DNA of 57,669 bases. Origin: a virus (Duplodnaviria; Caudoviricetes). The stretch covers positions 1 to 57,669 of IMG/VR virus record IMGVR_UViG_3300033149_004313. One strand, written 5' to 3'. The notes under the pieces were generated by a model. The model had not been told where the DNA came from and did not search any database. It saw only the letters and a program-made list of their open reading frames with translations. The translations under genes and the position numbers were made by a program. Positions 19,741 through 30,300 of this stretch are shown one piece after another (the first letter of the stretch is position 1; each line of letters opens with the position of its first letter).

Positions 19741-20358
19741 ATGATATCTTGCAGTTACAAACAGGACAGCCGTAGAATACAGTTATACGATTTAAGTTAT
19801 CGGCTGAAAAACCTGACCGATGCGGAAGTAGAGCAGCTTGAGGCCATAGGTGATACTACAATATCTTCTGCTCAGTGGGGATATTTAGGGGCAATGGATC
19901 AAGGAGTAGCGACTACTGATAATGTTACCCACGATAAACTAAGCCTATCGAATCAAAGCGGATGTTCGGTTACATTGAGTGCAGATCAGGCCGTTGCCAC
20001 TGCCACTTACACGGTAATAATATTTGATACAGAAAATTATGACAAACAAAACGAATACGATACAACTAACGGGAAATTCACCGCTGCTACTAGTGGAAGA
20101 TATCTTGTGTGCGCAACACTAAGGTATGAAACATTAGGTGATGGCGATTATGTGAGGGCGGCTGTTTATCTTAACAATGGCCTGTTTATATATAATCAAT
20201 TAATAGCAGGTGGAGCATTAAGACTGAGTCCTACAATTTCTACAATAGTGAATATGGCTGCTAATGACTATATAACGATAAAGGCGTATCATAATTATGG
20301 TGCGAATAGAAACGTAGAAGCGGATGGTAGTTTGCTAACAATTATCAAACTATGCTAA
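19741..20358 (+). CDS. C1q-domain tail fibre/adhesin-like protein
   Basis: IIFDTENYD...YDTTNGKFTAATSGRYLV C1q signature. Confidence 0.75.
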   Translation: MISCSYKQDSRRIQLYDLSYRLKNLTDAEVEQLEAIGDTTISSAQWGYLGAMDQGVATTDNVTHDKLSLSNQSGCSVTLSADQAVATATYTVIIFDTENYDKQNEYDTTNGKFTAATSGRYLVCATLRYETLGDGDYVRAAVYLNNGLFIYNQLIAGGALRLSPTISTIVNMAANDYITIKAYHNYGANRNVEADGSLLTIIKLC

Positions 20359-20370
20359 TGCAAAGTGAAT

Positions 20371-20544
20371 ATGATGAGTAAAGAATCTCTTGTTGATATT
20401 GATGCTGGTATCCTTTTTCAAATGATAGGGAAACGGGACTTGCATATAGAATCACTACAGGCCCAATTACTTGCATTACAGAAAGAGATAGAGAGATTAA
20501 ACCAGGAATTGGCCGAATTGAAAGACAAAAAGAAAGGAAGCTGA
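20371..20544 (+). CDS. 57-aa coiled-coil protein (not in the ORF track)
   Basis: MMSKESLVDIDAGILFQMIGKRDLHIESLQAQLLALQKEIERLNQELAELK... Confidence 0.6.
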   Translation: MMSKESLVDIDAGILFQMIGKRDLHIESLQAQLLALQKEIERLNQELAELKDKKKGS

Positions 20545-20545
20545 T

Positions 20546-22114
20546 TTGGGTTACAGAGGGAAAACATTCAGAATACCTTGCTCTGCCGGTGGATTTACAC
20601 ACAATAATAATATTGACATGGCGAAACCTACGGATATGGTGCATCCGTCAAGGAATATCAACCTGAATGAATTCGGCAGGCGCAAAAGGGGAGGTACTGC
20701 CCATATATCCGATGCCGCCTATGATGCTGCTATCTCCGGCGCCCCTCAGATAATGGGTGTCTATCAATTCAGACTAAGAAACGGCACTGCCTATCTGGTT
20801 GTAGCAACTGATGATGGTAAAGTATATCGAGCTCACGATACCACTATCAAGGCTTCAGGAATGTCCACGAGTAATTTCTATGATTTCGAGACTTTTGAAA
20901 ATGAGCTCTACATTGTAGATGGTGAAAGCACACCGGAAAAATGGACTGGATCGGGGAACACAGCAACCTTAACCGATATTCCGAGCGATTGGAGCGGTGA
21001 CGGCCCTCAGTGGATTGTGAAGCATGGCAGGGGAGTATCTGAAAGGCTCTGGGCAGGTGGACTCAGTAGCTATCCGCACAGGATATATATTTCAGTCAAT
21101 GGTGACGGGGATGATTTCTCGGATGCTAATGTTACCACCATAGATATAGAGACAGGAGATGGCTTTGGCGTAATCGGAGCGGAGGAGTTCGGAGATAGAC
21201 TTTTCGCCTTCGGTAAACGAAAAACTTATATTATAGATGATGCCTCTGTTGATACCTCTGAATGGGGCTATGATCCAGCTCAATGGGAAGGAGGCGCAGC
21301 TAATTTCAGGCTTCTTATTAAAACTCCCAATGATATTGTTGCCATGATGGAAGATGGAGAAATCTATTCTGTCAGAACGGCGCAATATTACGGTGATTAT
21401 AAGGCTGCTTCCCTGACAAGAGGATCATTCATGCATAATTGGATCAAAGAGTATGTGCGTCTGGGCTATATTGATAAGTTTCATGGCATATACGATCCTG
21501 TTTTGCGGGCTATTAAGATATTCGTGGTTAGAAGCGGCCAAACAACAGTGGACACCGCTCTAGTATATTTTATAGATAGAAACCCTGGCGAGGCATGGAT
21601 GATACATGACAATCAATCAGCCACTTCAGGTTATTCCGCCTCTTGTTCTGCTCTTGTGCGGGTGAGTTCGGGTGATTATCAAGTCTATACGGGCGGCTAT
21701 GCGGGCCTTCTATGGGCTCTTGAACAGACAAATAGAAATGACAATGGAAGCGGATATTATGCCGGCTTTAAAACTCCAAATCTTGCTTTCGGTAATCCTC
21801 GAGTGGATAAGAAATATCGGGGAGGCAGAGTTATCATGCAGTCCAAAGGAAATTATAATCTAACCATCGACACCTGGATTGATGGAGAATCACAGACACA
21901 AAAAACCATATCAATGGCAGGTACAGGAGGAACACTGCCCTTTACTCTTGGAACTGATCTTCTAGGTGGAAATGAATTGATAGACGAACCCTATGACATA
22001 GGGAACAAAGGGAAAAGAATTCAGGCGGAATTTTATAATGCTAATGCCAATCAGGATTTTTTTATTTCACAAATACTTTATGATCATAGTATTTTAGGAG
22101 CAAGACCAGATTAA
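20546..22114 (+). CDS. Tail hub/nozzle protein (P22 gp10 / T7 gp12-like beta-propeller)
   Basis: 522-aa all-beta protein; RNINLNEFGRRKRGG, FKTPNLAFGNPRVDKKY; TTG start with AGGAAG upstream. Confidence 0.7.
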   Translation: MGYRGKTFRIPCSAGGFTHNNNIDMAKPTDMVHPSRNINLNEFGRRKRGGTAHISDAAYDAAISGAPQIMGVYQFRLRNGTAYLVVATDDGKVYRAHDTTIKASGMSTSNFYDFETFENELYIVDGESTPEKWTGSGNTATLTDIPSDWSGDGPQWIVKHGRGVSERLWAGGLSSYPHRIYISVNGDGDDFSDANVTTIDIETGDGFGVIGAEEFGDRLFAFGKRKTYIIDDASVDTSEWGYDPAQWEGGAANFRLLIKTPNDIVAMMEDGEIYSVRTAQYYGDYKAASLTRGSFMHNWIKEYVRLGYIDKFHGIYDPVLRAIKIFVVRSGQTTVDTALVYFIDRNPGEAWMIHDNQSATSGYSASCSALVRVSSGDYQVYTGGYAGLLWALEQTNRNDNGSGYYAGFKTPNLAFGNPRVDKKYRGGRVIMQSKGNYNLTIDTWIDGESQTQKTISMAGTGGTLPFTLGTDLLGGNELIDEPYDIGNKGKRIQAEFYNANANQDFFISQILYDHSILGARPD

Positions 22115-22126
22115 AAGGAGATAATT

Positions 22127-22840
22127 ATGGGTGCAACATTTTCTCGTCTTAAGCAGTGGAGCACAGGGGAGACACTTACCGCCTCAGACTTGAATGCTGA
22201 ATTTAACCAAATATATAACAACCTCGACCCCTCCGGCATTGACGATGAATCAGCCAATGATGCGGCGGCACAGGCGACTTCTGATCCATACCCTGGAAGT
22301 TCACTAAGTAAAGCTACTTCGTTACAGGGAGAGATTCAGCAGCTACGTTATCTCATAGCTCAGATTACTGGTGAGACCTACTGGTACATCGACCCTGATA
22401 ATAATATTGCCACGCTTGCTGCAAATCTAATCGCTCCTAGTGGCACAATAATGCTTTTCGGGCAAAATAGCGCACCTACGGGCTGGACTCGGAAAACTGA
22501 CTGGCAAGACAATGCCATGCTTTGCTATGCGGCCAGTGGGGATATAGGAAGTGGAGGTAGTGTTAATCCACAAAGTACGCATACTCATGGACCTGGTAGT
22601 CTTAAATTTAAGACAGGAGAACAGGCTGGATCACATCCACGAACACTTAAGATGTATGACACTGACGGGACTGCTAGGGATGTAGTAGGCAACCAATACG
22701 CAGCCGGTAGCGCAGGCGAATATGAAGCTCGATGTTTGCCTTCGGATTCTTATACTTACTATACAAAGGATGGAAGCGGAGTGACTGGCGCAAACTCTGC
22801 TCCTTATTTCCAAGAGGTTATCGCAGCTCAAAAAGACTGA
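22127..22840 (+). CDS. Tail fibre/needle protein
   Basis: W..GETLTASDLNAEFN anchor; PSGTIMLF.Q.SAPTGW collar motif. Confidence 0.7.
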   Translation: MGATFSRLKQWSTGETLTASDLNAEFNQIYNNLDPSGIDDESANDAAAQATSDPYPGSSLSKATSLQGEIQQLRYLIAQITGETYWYIDPDNNIATLAANLIAPSGTIMLFGQNSAPTGWTRKTDWQDNAMLCYAASGDIGSGGSVNPQSTHTHGPGSLKFKTGEQAGSHPRTLKMYDTDGTARDVVGNQYAAGSAGEYEARCLPSDSYTYYTKDGSGVTGANSAPYFQEVIAAQKD

Positions 22841-22851
22841 TTATTAGAATA

Positions 22852-23508
22852 ATGGAATATTATGAACATACTTGCAGATGTGGGTGCGGAGGAAAAATCG
22901 AAAAAAAACCTTGGCATAAATATCAGGGAATTCCTGATTATATTCCCTATCATCAACATAGATGCAGAAATGAAGAAACAAGAATAAAAATGAGTGAAGC
23001 GAAAAAAGGTCAAATTCCCTGGAATAAAGGAACCAAGGGGCTACAAACAGCTTGGAATAAAGGTAAAAAATTTCCTGAATTCTCTGGCAAAAATAGTTCC
23101 CGTTATAAACACGGTAAATCAAAAACTAGAGAATATAACAACCAAATTAAACAAAAACAACAAAATGAAGATGATCCGAGATTTGTTTATTCTAGGCTTA
23201 AATCCCATCTGAAGCGCAAAGGTGCGCTTATGGATTGGGAAAAAAATGATTTTATTGATTGGTATAACTTACAAGAAAAAATATGTCATTATTGTGGGAT
23301 AAAAATTAAAAAGTATTCAGGCAAATCGGGACCCCAAAGAGATACTATATCTATAGATAGGAAAAACCCAAAAGGACCATATTCAAAATCAAATTGCATA
23401 TTATGTTGTATGAAATGCAATATTGTTAAAAACAATATTATTACTTATGAGCAAATGTGTAATATTGTGGGACCGCTGATTAAAAAAAATAGAGAAGAAA
23501 AGTCATGA
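22852..23508 (+). mobile_element. Free-standing HNH-type homing endonuclease with NUMOD3-like repeats
   Basis: CRCGCG, EETRIKMSEAKKGQIPWNKG, CHYCG...SIDRKNP.GPY..SNC..CC..CN; AT-rich relative to its flanks. Confidence 0.8.
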
Positions 23509-23888
23509 ATCCACCATGTATAAGAAATTTAGAGCGATTCAAAAAAAGCGGGTGTCCACAGAAACCTTGGGATGGTCAAGAGGGCTGTCCAGCATGGATT
23601 GAGATTCTCATTACTCCAAAAAATGAACCAATGAAGCCAAAAGATAAAATTGGAAAATGTATTGATCATTGGAATATTGAACTTCAATTAACGGCTTTAG
23701 GGTTGATGGAAGGCAACCAACAAGCCACAGAATCATTCAGAAACGGCATGATTGAAATAGATAAGGATGGCAATGCATATCCGAAAGCAGACCTAGGCAC
23801 AATGGCACTGATAAAACTTCTACATGAATCACAAAAAAGGCAGCAAATCATTACTGAGTATGAAGCTAAGAGGGCAATTCCCAAATAG
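23505..23888 (+). CDS. Hypothetical Cys-rich protein following the tail fibre
   Basis: GCPAW...KCIDHW...ATESFRN. Confidence 0.6.
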   Translation: MNPPCIRNLERFKKSGCPQKPWDGQEGCPAWIEILITPKNEPMKPKDKIGKCIDHWNIELQLTALGLMEGNQQATESFRNGMIEIDKDGNAYPKADLGTMALIKLLHESQKRQQIITEYEAKRAIPK

Positions 23889-24414
23889 AGTAAAGATTAA
23901 ATTCAAGAATAAGTTCATAATATGGAAAGACTTCAAAAAATTCATCGTATTTATAAATCTGCTTAGATGGTTGCCATGATGGATTTACAATATATTCAAT
24001 ATTATCAAGACGCACGATGCAACCCATGTGATAGATATTTGAATCTATTCTTTGCAGGATTATTAATTTATTACATGAATCAGGCAAACGGTTTTCCCTT
24101 ATCATGGACCATAAAAGAATAGCCATGCCATCGCAGTCATCGAATTTTGAATATTTAATTTCACAAGATGTAGGCCAATAATCTATAGGTTCGCTGATGT
24201 AGAATACATTGCTATTTATCCAAATAAGGGAATATTGCAACCATAGAAAATGCCAATCAGATGATTGATCTGAATGATAAATTATATTGGGATTTTTTTG
24301 ACAAGAAATTTCCCTATCTTGCCAATCACAGATTTTATTGTAGAAATCGGAATCATCGGGTGGATAAGCACAGGCAGGGAAAAGAAGAAATATTATCAAC
24401 AATAGCTTTCTCAT
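23866..24414 (-). CDS. Lipoprotein with transglutaminase-like cysteine protease (BTLCP/LapG-like) motif
   Basis: MRKLLLIIFLLFPA-C lipobox; DYWPTSCE....FDDCDGMAIL, YHMGCIV. Confidence 0.65.
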   Translation of the reverse strand: MRKLLLIIFLLFPACAYPPDDSDFYNKICDWQDREISCQKNPNIIYHSDQSSDWHFLWLQYSLIWINSNVFYISEPIDYWPTSCEIKYSKFDDCDGMAILLWSMIRENRLPDSCNKLIILQRIDSNIYHMGCIVRLDNIEYIVNPSWQPSKQIYKYDEFFEVFPYYELILEFNLYSIWELPS

Positions 24415-24449
24415 AACTAATATTATAGCAAATAATAAACAATAAGTCA

Positions 24450-24713
24450 ATGCCAGAATCTATTGAAACCATAATCGCTCGGATGGATGAACGCCTGAAG
24501 GCCAATAATGATATGACCTTGGAATTGCTCAAAATAGTAAAGGGCGATAACAGCCAGGGTTTAATTACACGGATGGCAATAGTTGAACAGCAACAAGGAA
24601 ACTGTCCGAAAGTACAACAGGCTGCCATATCCATCAAATGGCTTACATGGGGATTCAGGGTGATTGCGGCTGCTATTATAGGTGGATTCTTTTGGCTTAT
24701 TAGGAGCCAATAA
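24450..24713 (+). CDS. Small coiled-coil protein with C-terminal TM (second holin/antiholin-like)
   Basis: ARMDER...G.N..GL..R...VE followed by a C-terminal hydrophobic helix. Confidence 0.5.
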   Translation: MPESIETIIARMDERLKANNDMTLELLKIVKGDNSQGLITRMAIVEQQQGNCPKVQQAAISIKWLTWGFRVIAAAIIGGFFWLIRSQ

Positions 24714-25115
24714 ATGGTTATTCGTCCATACAAATCAGAGGATTATGAAAAGGTAATTGACCTGCTGATTAAGTGTAACGTAGAACCTCCGCAAGAGCAA
24801 TCGGATTTGAAGGGCATATGTTTTGTGGCAGAAGATAACAACCAGATTGTGGGCCATATATGGGCTTTAACAGGGCTATCTTCTCAAGCCTATGTGGATT
24901 ACTTTTCAATACATCCTGATTATCGGAAAACCAAAATCGGTTGGAAGCTCTGGATCATCATGGATAAGACATTGAAATATATGGGAATAAAGCGATATTA
25001 CTTTTTTATTGAACATGATAATAGCGGTTTTATTAATTTGGTGGAAAAACACAGAGAGCTAAGAATTACAAAACTAAGAAAGCTCCAATGGTACAAAAAG
25101 GAAATTGGAGATTAA
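24714..25115 (+). CDS. GNAT family acetyltransferase
   Basis: IRPY, CFVAEDNNQIVG, IHPDYRKTKIG acetyl-CoA motif A; usual position before ejection genes. Confidence 0.8.
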   Translation: MVIRPYKSEDYEKVIDLLIKCNVEPPQEQSDLKGICFVAEDNNQIVGHIWALTGLSSQAYVDYFSIHPDYRKTKIGWKLWIIMDKTLKYMGIKRYYFFIEHDNSGFINLVEKHRELRITKLRKLQWYKKEIGD

Positions 25116-25117
25116 TT

Positions 25118-26209
25118 ATGAAGATTTATAAAGCAATTAGCATCGACATAAACGGCAATGTGATCAGTGAGGACTCCTACGAATATCATGGGATTATTGC
25201 AGAATGTAAAGGTGGCAGCAGTCCCCCTCCACCCACGGAAGCAGAAGAGGCACTAACTGAAGCGCAAACAGAGCTTATAAATCAGCAAATTAGTCAGCTC
25301 GAGCATCAGAATGAACTTATTGATGAAATGTGGCCCAATATAGAGCAGTATATCCAAGGGCAGCTGGATTACCAGCAGCTTATGTTAGAATCGCAACAAC
25401 ACCTCCTTCCTCTTCAAACAGCACTTGCAGAACAGGGAATAGAACTGAATAGCCTTCAAATGGAGGCCATACAAGATCAATTAGAAACCAGCGAGGCAAT
25501 TCGGCCAGCCTTACTGGAGGCGATGGGCTATGAACTGGATGAAGGAACAGGTCAATACGTTGCAATAGAAGGCGAGCAAGATCCTCTTCTTGCACAGCTT
25601 GAAGAGAGATATACGGCTGCATTAAGAGGAGAAACGGAAATTTCTCCATATCTGGAAAAGCAACTGCAAGATGAAAGGGCAAAATTGGAAGAAGATTTGT
25701 CAAGGAGGCTAGGCCCGAATTGGCAAACAACTACCCCTGGAAGACAAGCACTTTCGGATTTTCAGACTCGGGCCGATTTGCTGAGAGAGGAGGCCCGGCA
25801 ATCAACTATCTCTTCGGCAGGAAGCCAATATTTAGCCACCCGTGGACTTTTAGCTGGAGAAAGACAACAAACAATAAGCAACCTCGCCAGCCTTATGGGT
25901 GGAGGAACCTCAGTACCTACCAGTATTCCAACAGGCATAGGCGGTGGAGGAGGTGATCTATCTGGCTTGCTAAGTGGTATGAGTGGTGGTGGCGCCGGAA
26001 ATGTTTCACAGAATATCGCAAATCTGAGAGATTATTATCAAGGACAGCGCTATGATCCTTGGCTTATGCAACAAGGACAGCAAGCAGGTCAAATGCAAGC
26101 CATGTTTGGCGGACTTATGGGCGGAGCGCAAGTAGGTGCTAATTTTGGGGTTCCAGGTGCAGCAATAGGCGGAGGCGCAGGATTATTAGCAGGATACTTA
26201 TTAAGTTAA
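25118..26209 (+). CDS. Internal virion/ejection (pilot) protein
   Basis: SYEYHG.IAECKGGSSPPPP N-terminus, Q-rich helices, Gly-rich hydrophobic C-terminus. Confidence 0.7.
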   Translation: MKIYKAISIDINGNVISEDSYEYHGIIAECKGGSSPPPPTEAEEALTEAQTELINQQISQLEHQNELIDEMWPNIEQYIQGQLDYQQLMLESQQHLLPLQTALAEQGIELNSLQMEAIQDQLETSEAIRPALLEAMGYELDEGTGQYVAIEGEQDPLLAQLEERYTAALRGETEISPYLEKQLQDERAKLEEDLSRRLGPNWQTTTPGRQALSDFQTRADLLREEARQSTISSAGSQYLATRGLLAGERQQTISNLASLMGGGTSVPTSIPTGIGGGGGDLSGLLSGMSGGGAGNVSQNIANLRDYYQGQRYDPWLMQQGQQAGQMQAMFGGLMGGAQVGANFGVPGAAIGGGAGLLAGYLLS

Positions 26210-26218
26210 AAGGAGATT

Positions 26219-27391
26219 ATGATGCCAGATTTATATAATATAGCAGCACAAAGAGGCAGGATAGTAGGCCAGGGGCTTATGGGTTTAGGACAAGCTGTAA
26301 GTACAGGTCTAGGAAAATATAAACAAGCAAAATTAGAAGCCGAGGAAAGAGAAGAGAGAAAGAAGGAACAGCAACTTACGAAAACTCTTTCTTTGATAAA
26401 TATCTACACCAAAATGGGTGATGATCTCACTCCACAAGATCGCATGAAGTTATATACTGGCGCACTTATTCCCATGCTTGCGAAAGCTGGAGGACTACCC
26501 GAAGGCACAAAACAAGAAGATGTATCTAAGTTCATTAGCTCTCTTGCAGCACAAAGCAAGGATGCCATGAAAGGATTTAGAGAAGATAATAACAAACTGC
26601 TTAATTTAGTGCATGAGGGCAAATACAAAGAGGCCGATAAGTTTTTGTCTGGTATGATGACTGAATATGGCAGATTTCCTGGAGCAAAATCTTTCCTAAA
26701 TCATGCTAAGGAACTGCTCAAAGAGGAGAAAGCATACGGCAAAGAGCAACAGAAAATAAAAGAAGAGCGTGAATATGAAGAAGAGCAGTTAGGAAGAGAA
26801 CGTCTCTATGAGGAAAAAAAGACAAAGGAAGAACGGAAATGGGAAGAGGAGAGAGAAAAGGCAAGATGGAAGCGAGAAGAGGAGAAGGAGAAGGAAAAGC
26901 GGGCTAGAGAGATAGCAAAGGAACAGCAGAAGCGGACTAGAGAAATGACAGACAAAATAGCAGGATGGATTGCAGATAAAAAAGTGAGAGAGGTGCCGAA
27001 ACGTGGATTAATGGCAGGTTTGTCAGATACGGAGAAAGAGACGATTTTTTCATACGGGCACAAAAAACTCTATATACCTGATGACTCTGAACTCAGCAAG
27101 CCGGAAATGAAGGAATCCACCGCTATCGAAAAAATGGAAGCCATTAAAAAAGGTATTGATCGCTATGAAACCACAGGTGGCCTTAGCGATACGCTTCTTG
27201 CTGCGATTAGTGCTGCTGATCCAACTATTGCAGAAGATATCAAAGGGAAGCCCCACGATGAAGCTATAGAATTTATGAAGAAACGATACAATTATCTCTT
27301 TGATAATTTCGTGTCGCAGAAAAATAAGGATAAATATGGGCTTGAAAGATTTGAGGAAAAGAAGGCAGTAGATTGGAGAAACTTTAAGTAA
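26219..27391 (+). CDS. Ejection protein 2
   Basis: Gly-rich N-terminus, long charged coiled coil, synteny. Confidence 0.65.
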   Translation: MMPDLYNIAAQRGRIVGQGLMGLGQAVSTGLGKYKQAKLEAEEREERKKEQQLTKTLSLINIYTKMGDDLTPQDRMKLYTGALIPMLAKAGGLPEGTKQEDVSKFISSLAAQSKDAMKGFREDNNKLLNLVHEGKYKEADKFLSGMMTEYGRFPGAKSFLNHAKELLKEEKAYGKEQQKIKEEREYEEEQLGRERLYEEKKTKEERKWEEEREKARWKREEEKEKEKRAREIAKEQQKRTREMTDKIAGWIADKKVREVPKRGLMAGLSDTEKETIFSYGHKKLYIPDDSELSKPEMKESTAIEKMEAIKKGIDRYETTGGLSDTLLAAISAADPTIAEDIKGKPHDEAIEFMKKRYNYLFDNFVSQKNKDKYGLERFEEKKAVDWRNFK

Positions 27392-30300
27392 TGGAACCTT
27401 TTGATACATGGCAGCAAGACCCGGAATTTATCGAACTCCCTTTGTCGGAGAAGGCCAAGGTTTATCTAAATTATTTCGATCAAGAAATGACCGATGATGA
27501 GTTTGATAGCCTGCCTTCTTCTGAACAACGTAGAATCAAAACGAATTTCCTTCATGATCAAGGTGTAGATTTGGGTGGTGTCCCTGTCAAAGAGAAAGGC
27601 TTTATTGAAAAGCATATCGTTGAACCTTACATTGAGCCATTCCGAAGGAAACCTGCTGAGACGCAAATGCAGGGCTTAATGCCTAAAGAGGAACCTGAAG
27701 AGACAAAACTTATCGCCCCTGAAAAACCTTACCAGATTCTCAAGGATAAGGTATTGACTGATGTAAAGGAATCTTTGGAATCGCCTGAAAAAGAAGTATC
27801 ACCTTTCAAAAAACCTGATACATGGGGAGGCAAACGGAAACCTCATGGAGTTACGGGAACATGGGAAGCTGAACCAGAAAAAGCCGAATTTACAATAGGT
27901 AGATTAGGCCAACAGGCAATGCGTGGGGCAGCACAAGGTTTTGCGGATATACTGAGATTTATTAAAGCTGCTGAAGAACAAAGGGACATTGAAAAAGAAA
28001 TGAAATTGCCAAAGGGTATTATGCCCACTCCACAAGAGCGATTTCATATGACAGAGTGGATACGGAAACAAGAAAAGGAACCCACAGCTAAACAAATCAA
28101 AGCTGAGCGAGTCAGATATAGAAAAGAAATGCAGCAACTCAGGATCGGAAAACTTAAAAAAGGAATTGAGGCATTCCCAAAAGAACTGCCAAAAACCTCC
28201 GGTATTATTGAAGATGCGGTCAAAGGAATGGCAAGATTTTTGCCTTCTATGGGAGTTTCAGTTGTTAGTCCCATAGGTGGTGCCGCTATAACGTTCTCTC
28301 AGATTGTCGGCATGGAATATGATGAGATGATAAGCCAAGGAATAGATAAAGAAAGAGCCTTTGATGCTGCTGTAGTTTCTTCTTTGATGCAGACGCCTGT
28401 TGAAATGGCTGGTAACTTATTACAAATTGGGGTTTTGAAAAACTTAGCAAAAACCTTTAAGGTTTCTGGAAAAATATCTACAAAGGTTATTCAATTCTTT
28501 GAGGCTATGGGCAAAGGTACATTAGCCGAAGGTACAGAAGAACTTATACAACAATATCCAGCCGAATTTTCTAAAATATGGGCTGCCAATCCAGATCTTA
28601 CTCCAAAAGAATTATCTGAAGAATTTGTTAATCAGGTTTCTCAGATTACCAAAAGAGGCGTAGAAGCAGCGAAGGCTGGGGCAGTTGGAGGAGCTTTGCT
28701 TGCTGGCACCACTGGTGGAGCTATTCAAATTCCTTTAGAAATCAGTGAATATGTTTCTGAGAAACAGAAAAAATTGACTGAGAAAAAAGAAGCCGAACCC
28801 AAATTCCCCGAAGAGGAAGGCCCACCAGAATTTGTATTTCCAGAGGAAAAAGAGACCCCCAGGGTTATCAAGCGAGAGGAACTGAAGCCTGAAGATATTG
28901 AGGATATTCAGGCAGGCAAGGCGGTACTTGAAGAAGCTCCTAAAAAACCTGAAGTTACTCCACCAAAGAAAGAAGTTGAGAAACCGGCAGAAAAAGAAGA
29001 AGGGATTGAGATACCAGAGACACCTAAAAAACCCCCCTCAGAAGCCGAAATCAAGCCCACAGTGGAAGAAAAGGAAGAGGTGGAGGGTAAGGTTAGGCCT
29101 AAAGTTGATAGACCTCCACAGCCTAAAGCAATAAAGGGAAGTGAAATCATAGATCAATATTATGATTCAAAAAACAATATAGTTTATACTCTGCAAAAAA
29201 AGGGCGAGAAGTGGGGAATATTCTCTCATTCCAGAGTTACGAATAAAGCCTACAAAACATATGGAAATCAAATTGATTCTATTGAACGAACTGGAATGAC
29301 TGAAGCAGTAGCTAAAGATAAATGGAAACAGTATAAACCCACCCCAAAGGCGAAAGAGCCGTGGGCCAAGAAAGCATTAAAAAAAAGACCCTTAGCACAA
29401 CAAATAAAGGCTAAGGGAAGCGAACAAAATTACCTCGTACCCTGGATAGCAAGATCAGGAGGAATCAAAGAAACAGAACTTGCAGGAGAAATCAGGGATA
29501 TCATTTACACCGTTGATGCTAGAGGTAAAAAGAAATTAATGAAAGGTGTCACACCTGGATTTCTTAACAAGAAGGGCCGTGGCTTAGACGAAATAGTAAG
29601 GGATGCACGAGAAGCTGGCTTTGATGTCAAGGATACCGATCATCTCCTTGAATTGATTGAAAGAGACCTTGGCGCTAAGACACCTCAAGAACGTATTACT
29701 CGCTTGACAGATACATCATTTGAAGATAAGCTATGGGAAGATGCAATAAAGGAGGCTGAAGCCAATGGAATCAGCGAGAGAGAGATTAAAGAATCACTTG
29801 AAAGAGAAGTTACGGAAGAGATTGCGCGAGAGGCTGAATTTGCCAAAGCCGAAAGGGAAGCAATCCAAGCCGAAAGTAATTCCTTCTTCAAAGAAGAAGT
29901 AAGTTTTAAGCCTGAAGAGTTTGAACCTGCCAAGAAGCCTACCCCTATACCAGACATAAAACACTCCAAGCTCATGCCCTACACCAAACGGGGTGATCTC
30001 GCCAATCAAATATTGATGGACAAGAATGGCGTCGTCTATGAGGGCAGAGGCGAGGAACATATTGAGATTCTGAAGCATTTCAAGCTCAAGCCCGATGATA
30101 TACAGAAAGCTGGCATGATAAACATGCATGGAAATTATGTGTGGAAAGGCGTTGAAGGTAGAATAGAAGACTACAGGCGCTTATGGAAGGATGCTCTGGC
30201 AATGAGGGAGAGGGGAGAGCCAGAGGTATTAAAGGAATATCCCAAACCCTCCAAAGAAAAGAAGATAAGAGACTTTGAGAAAGAAACCACTACCCCTAGC

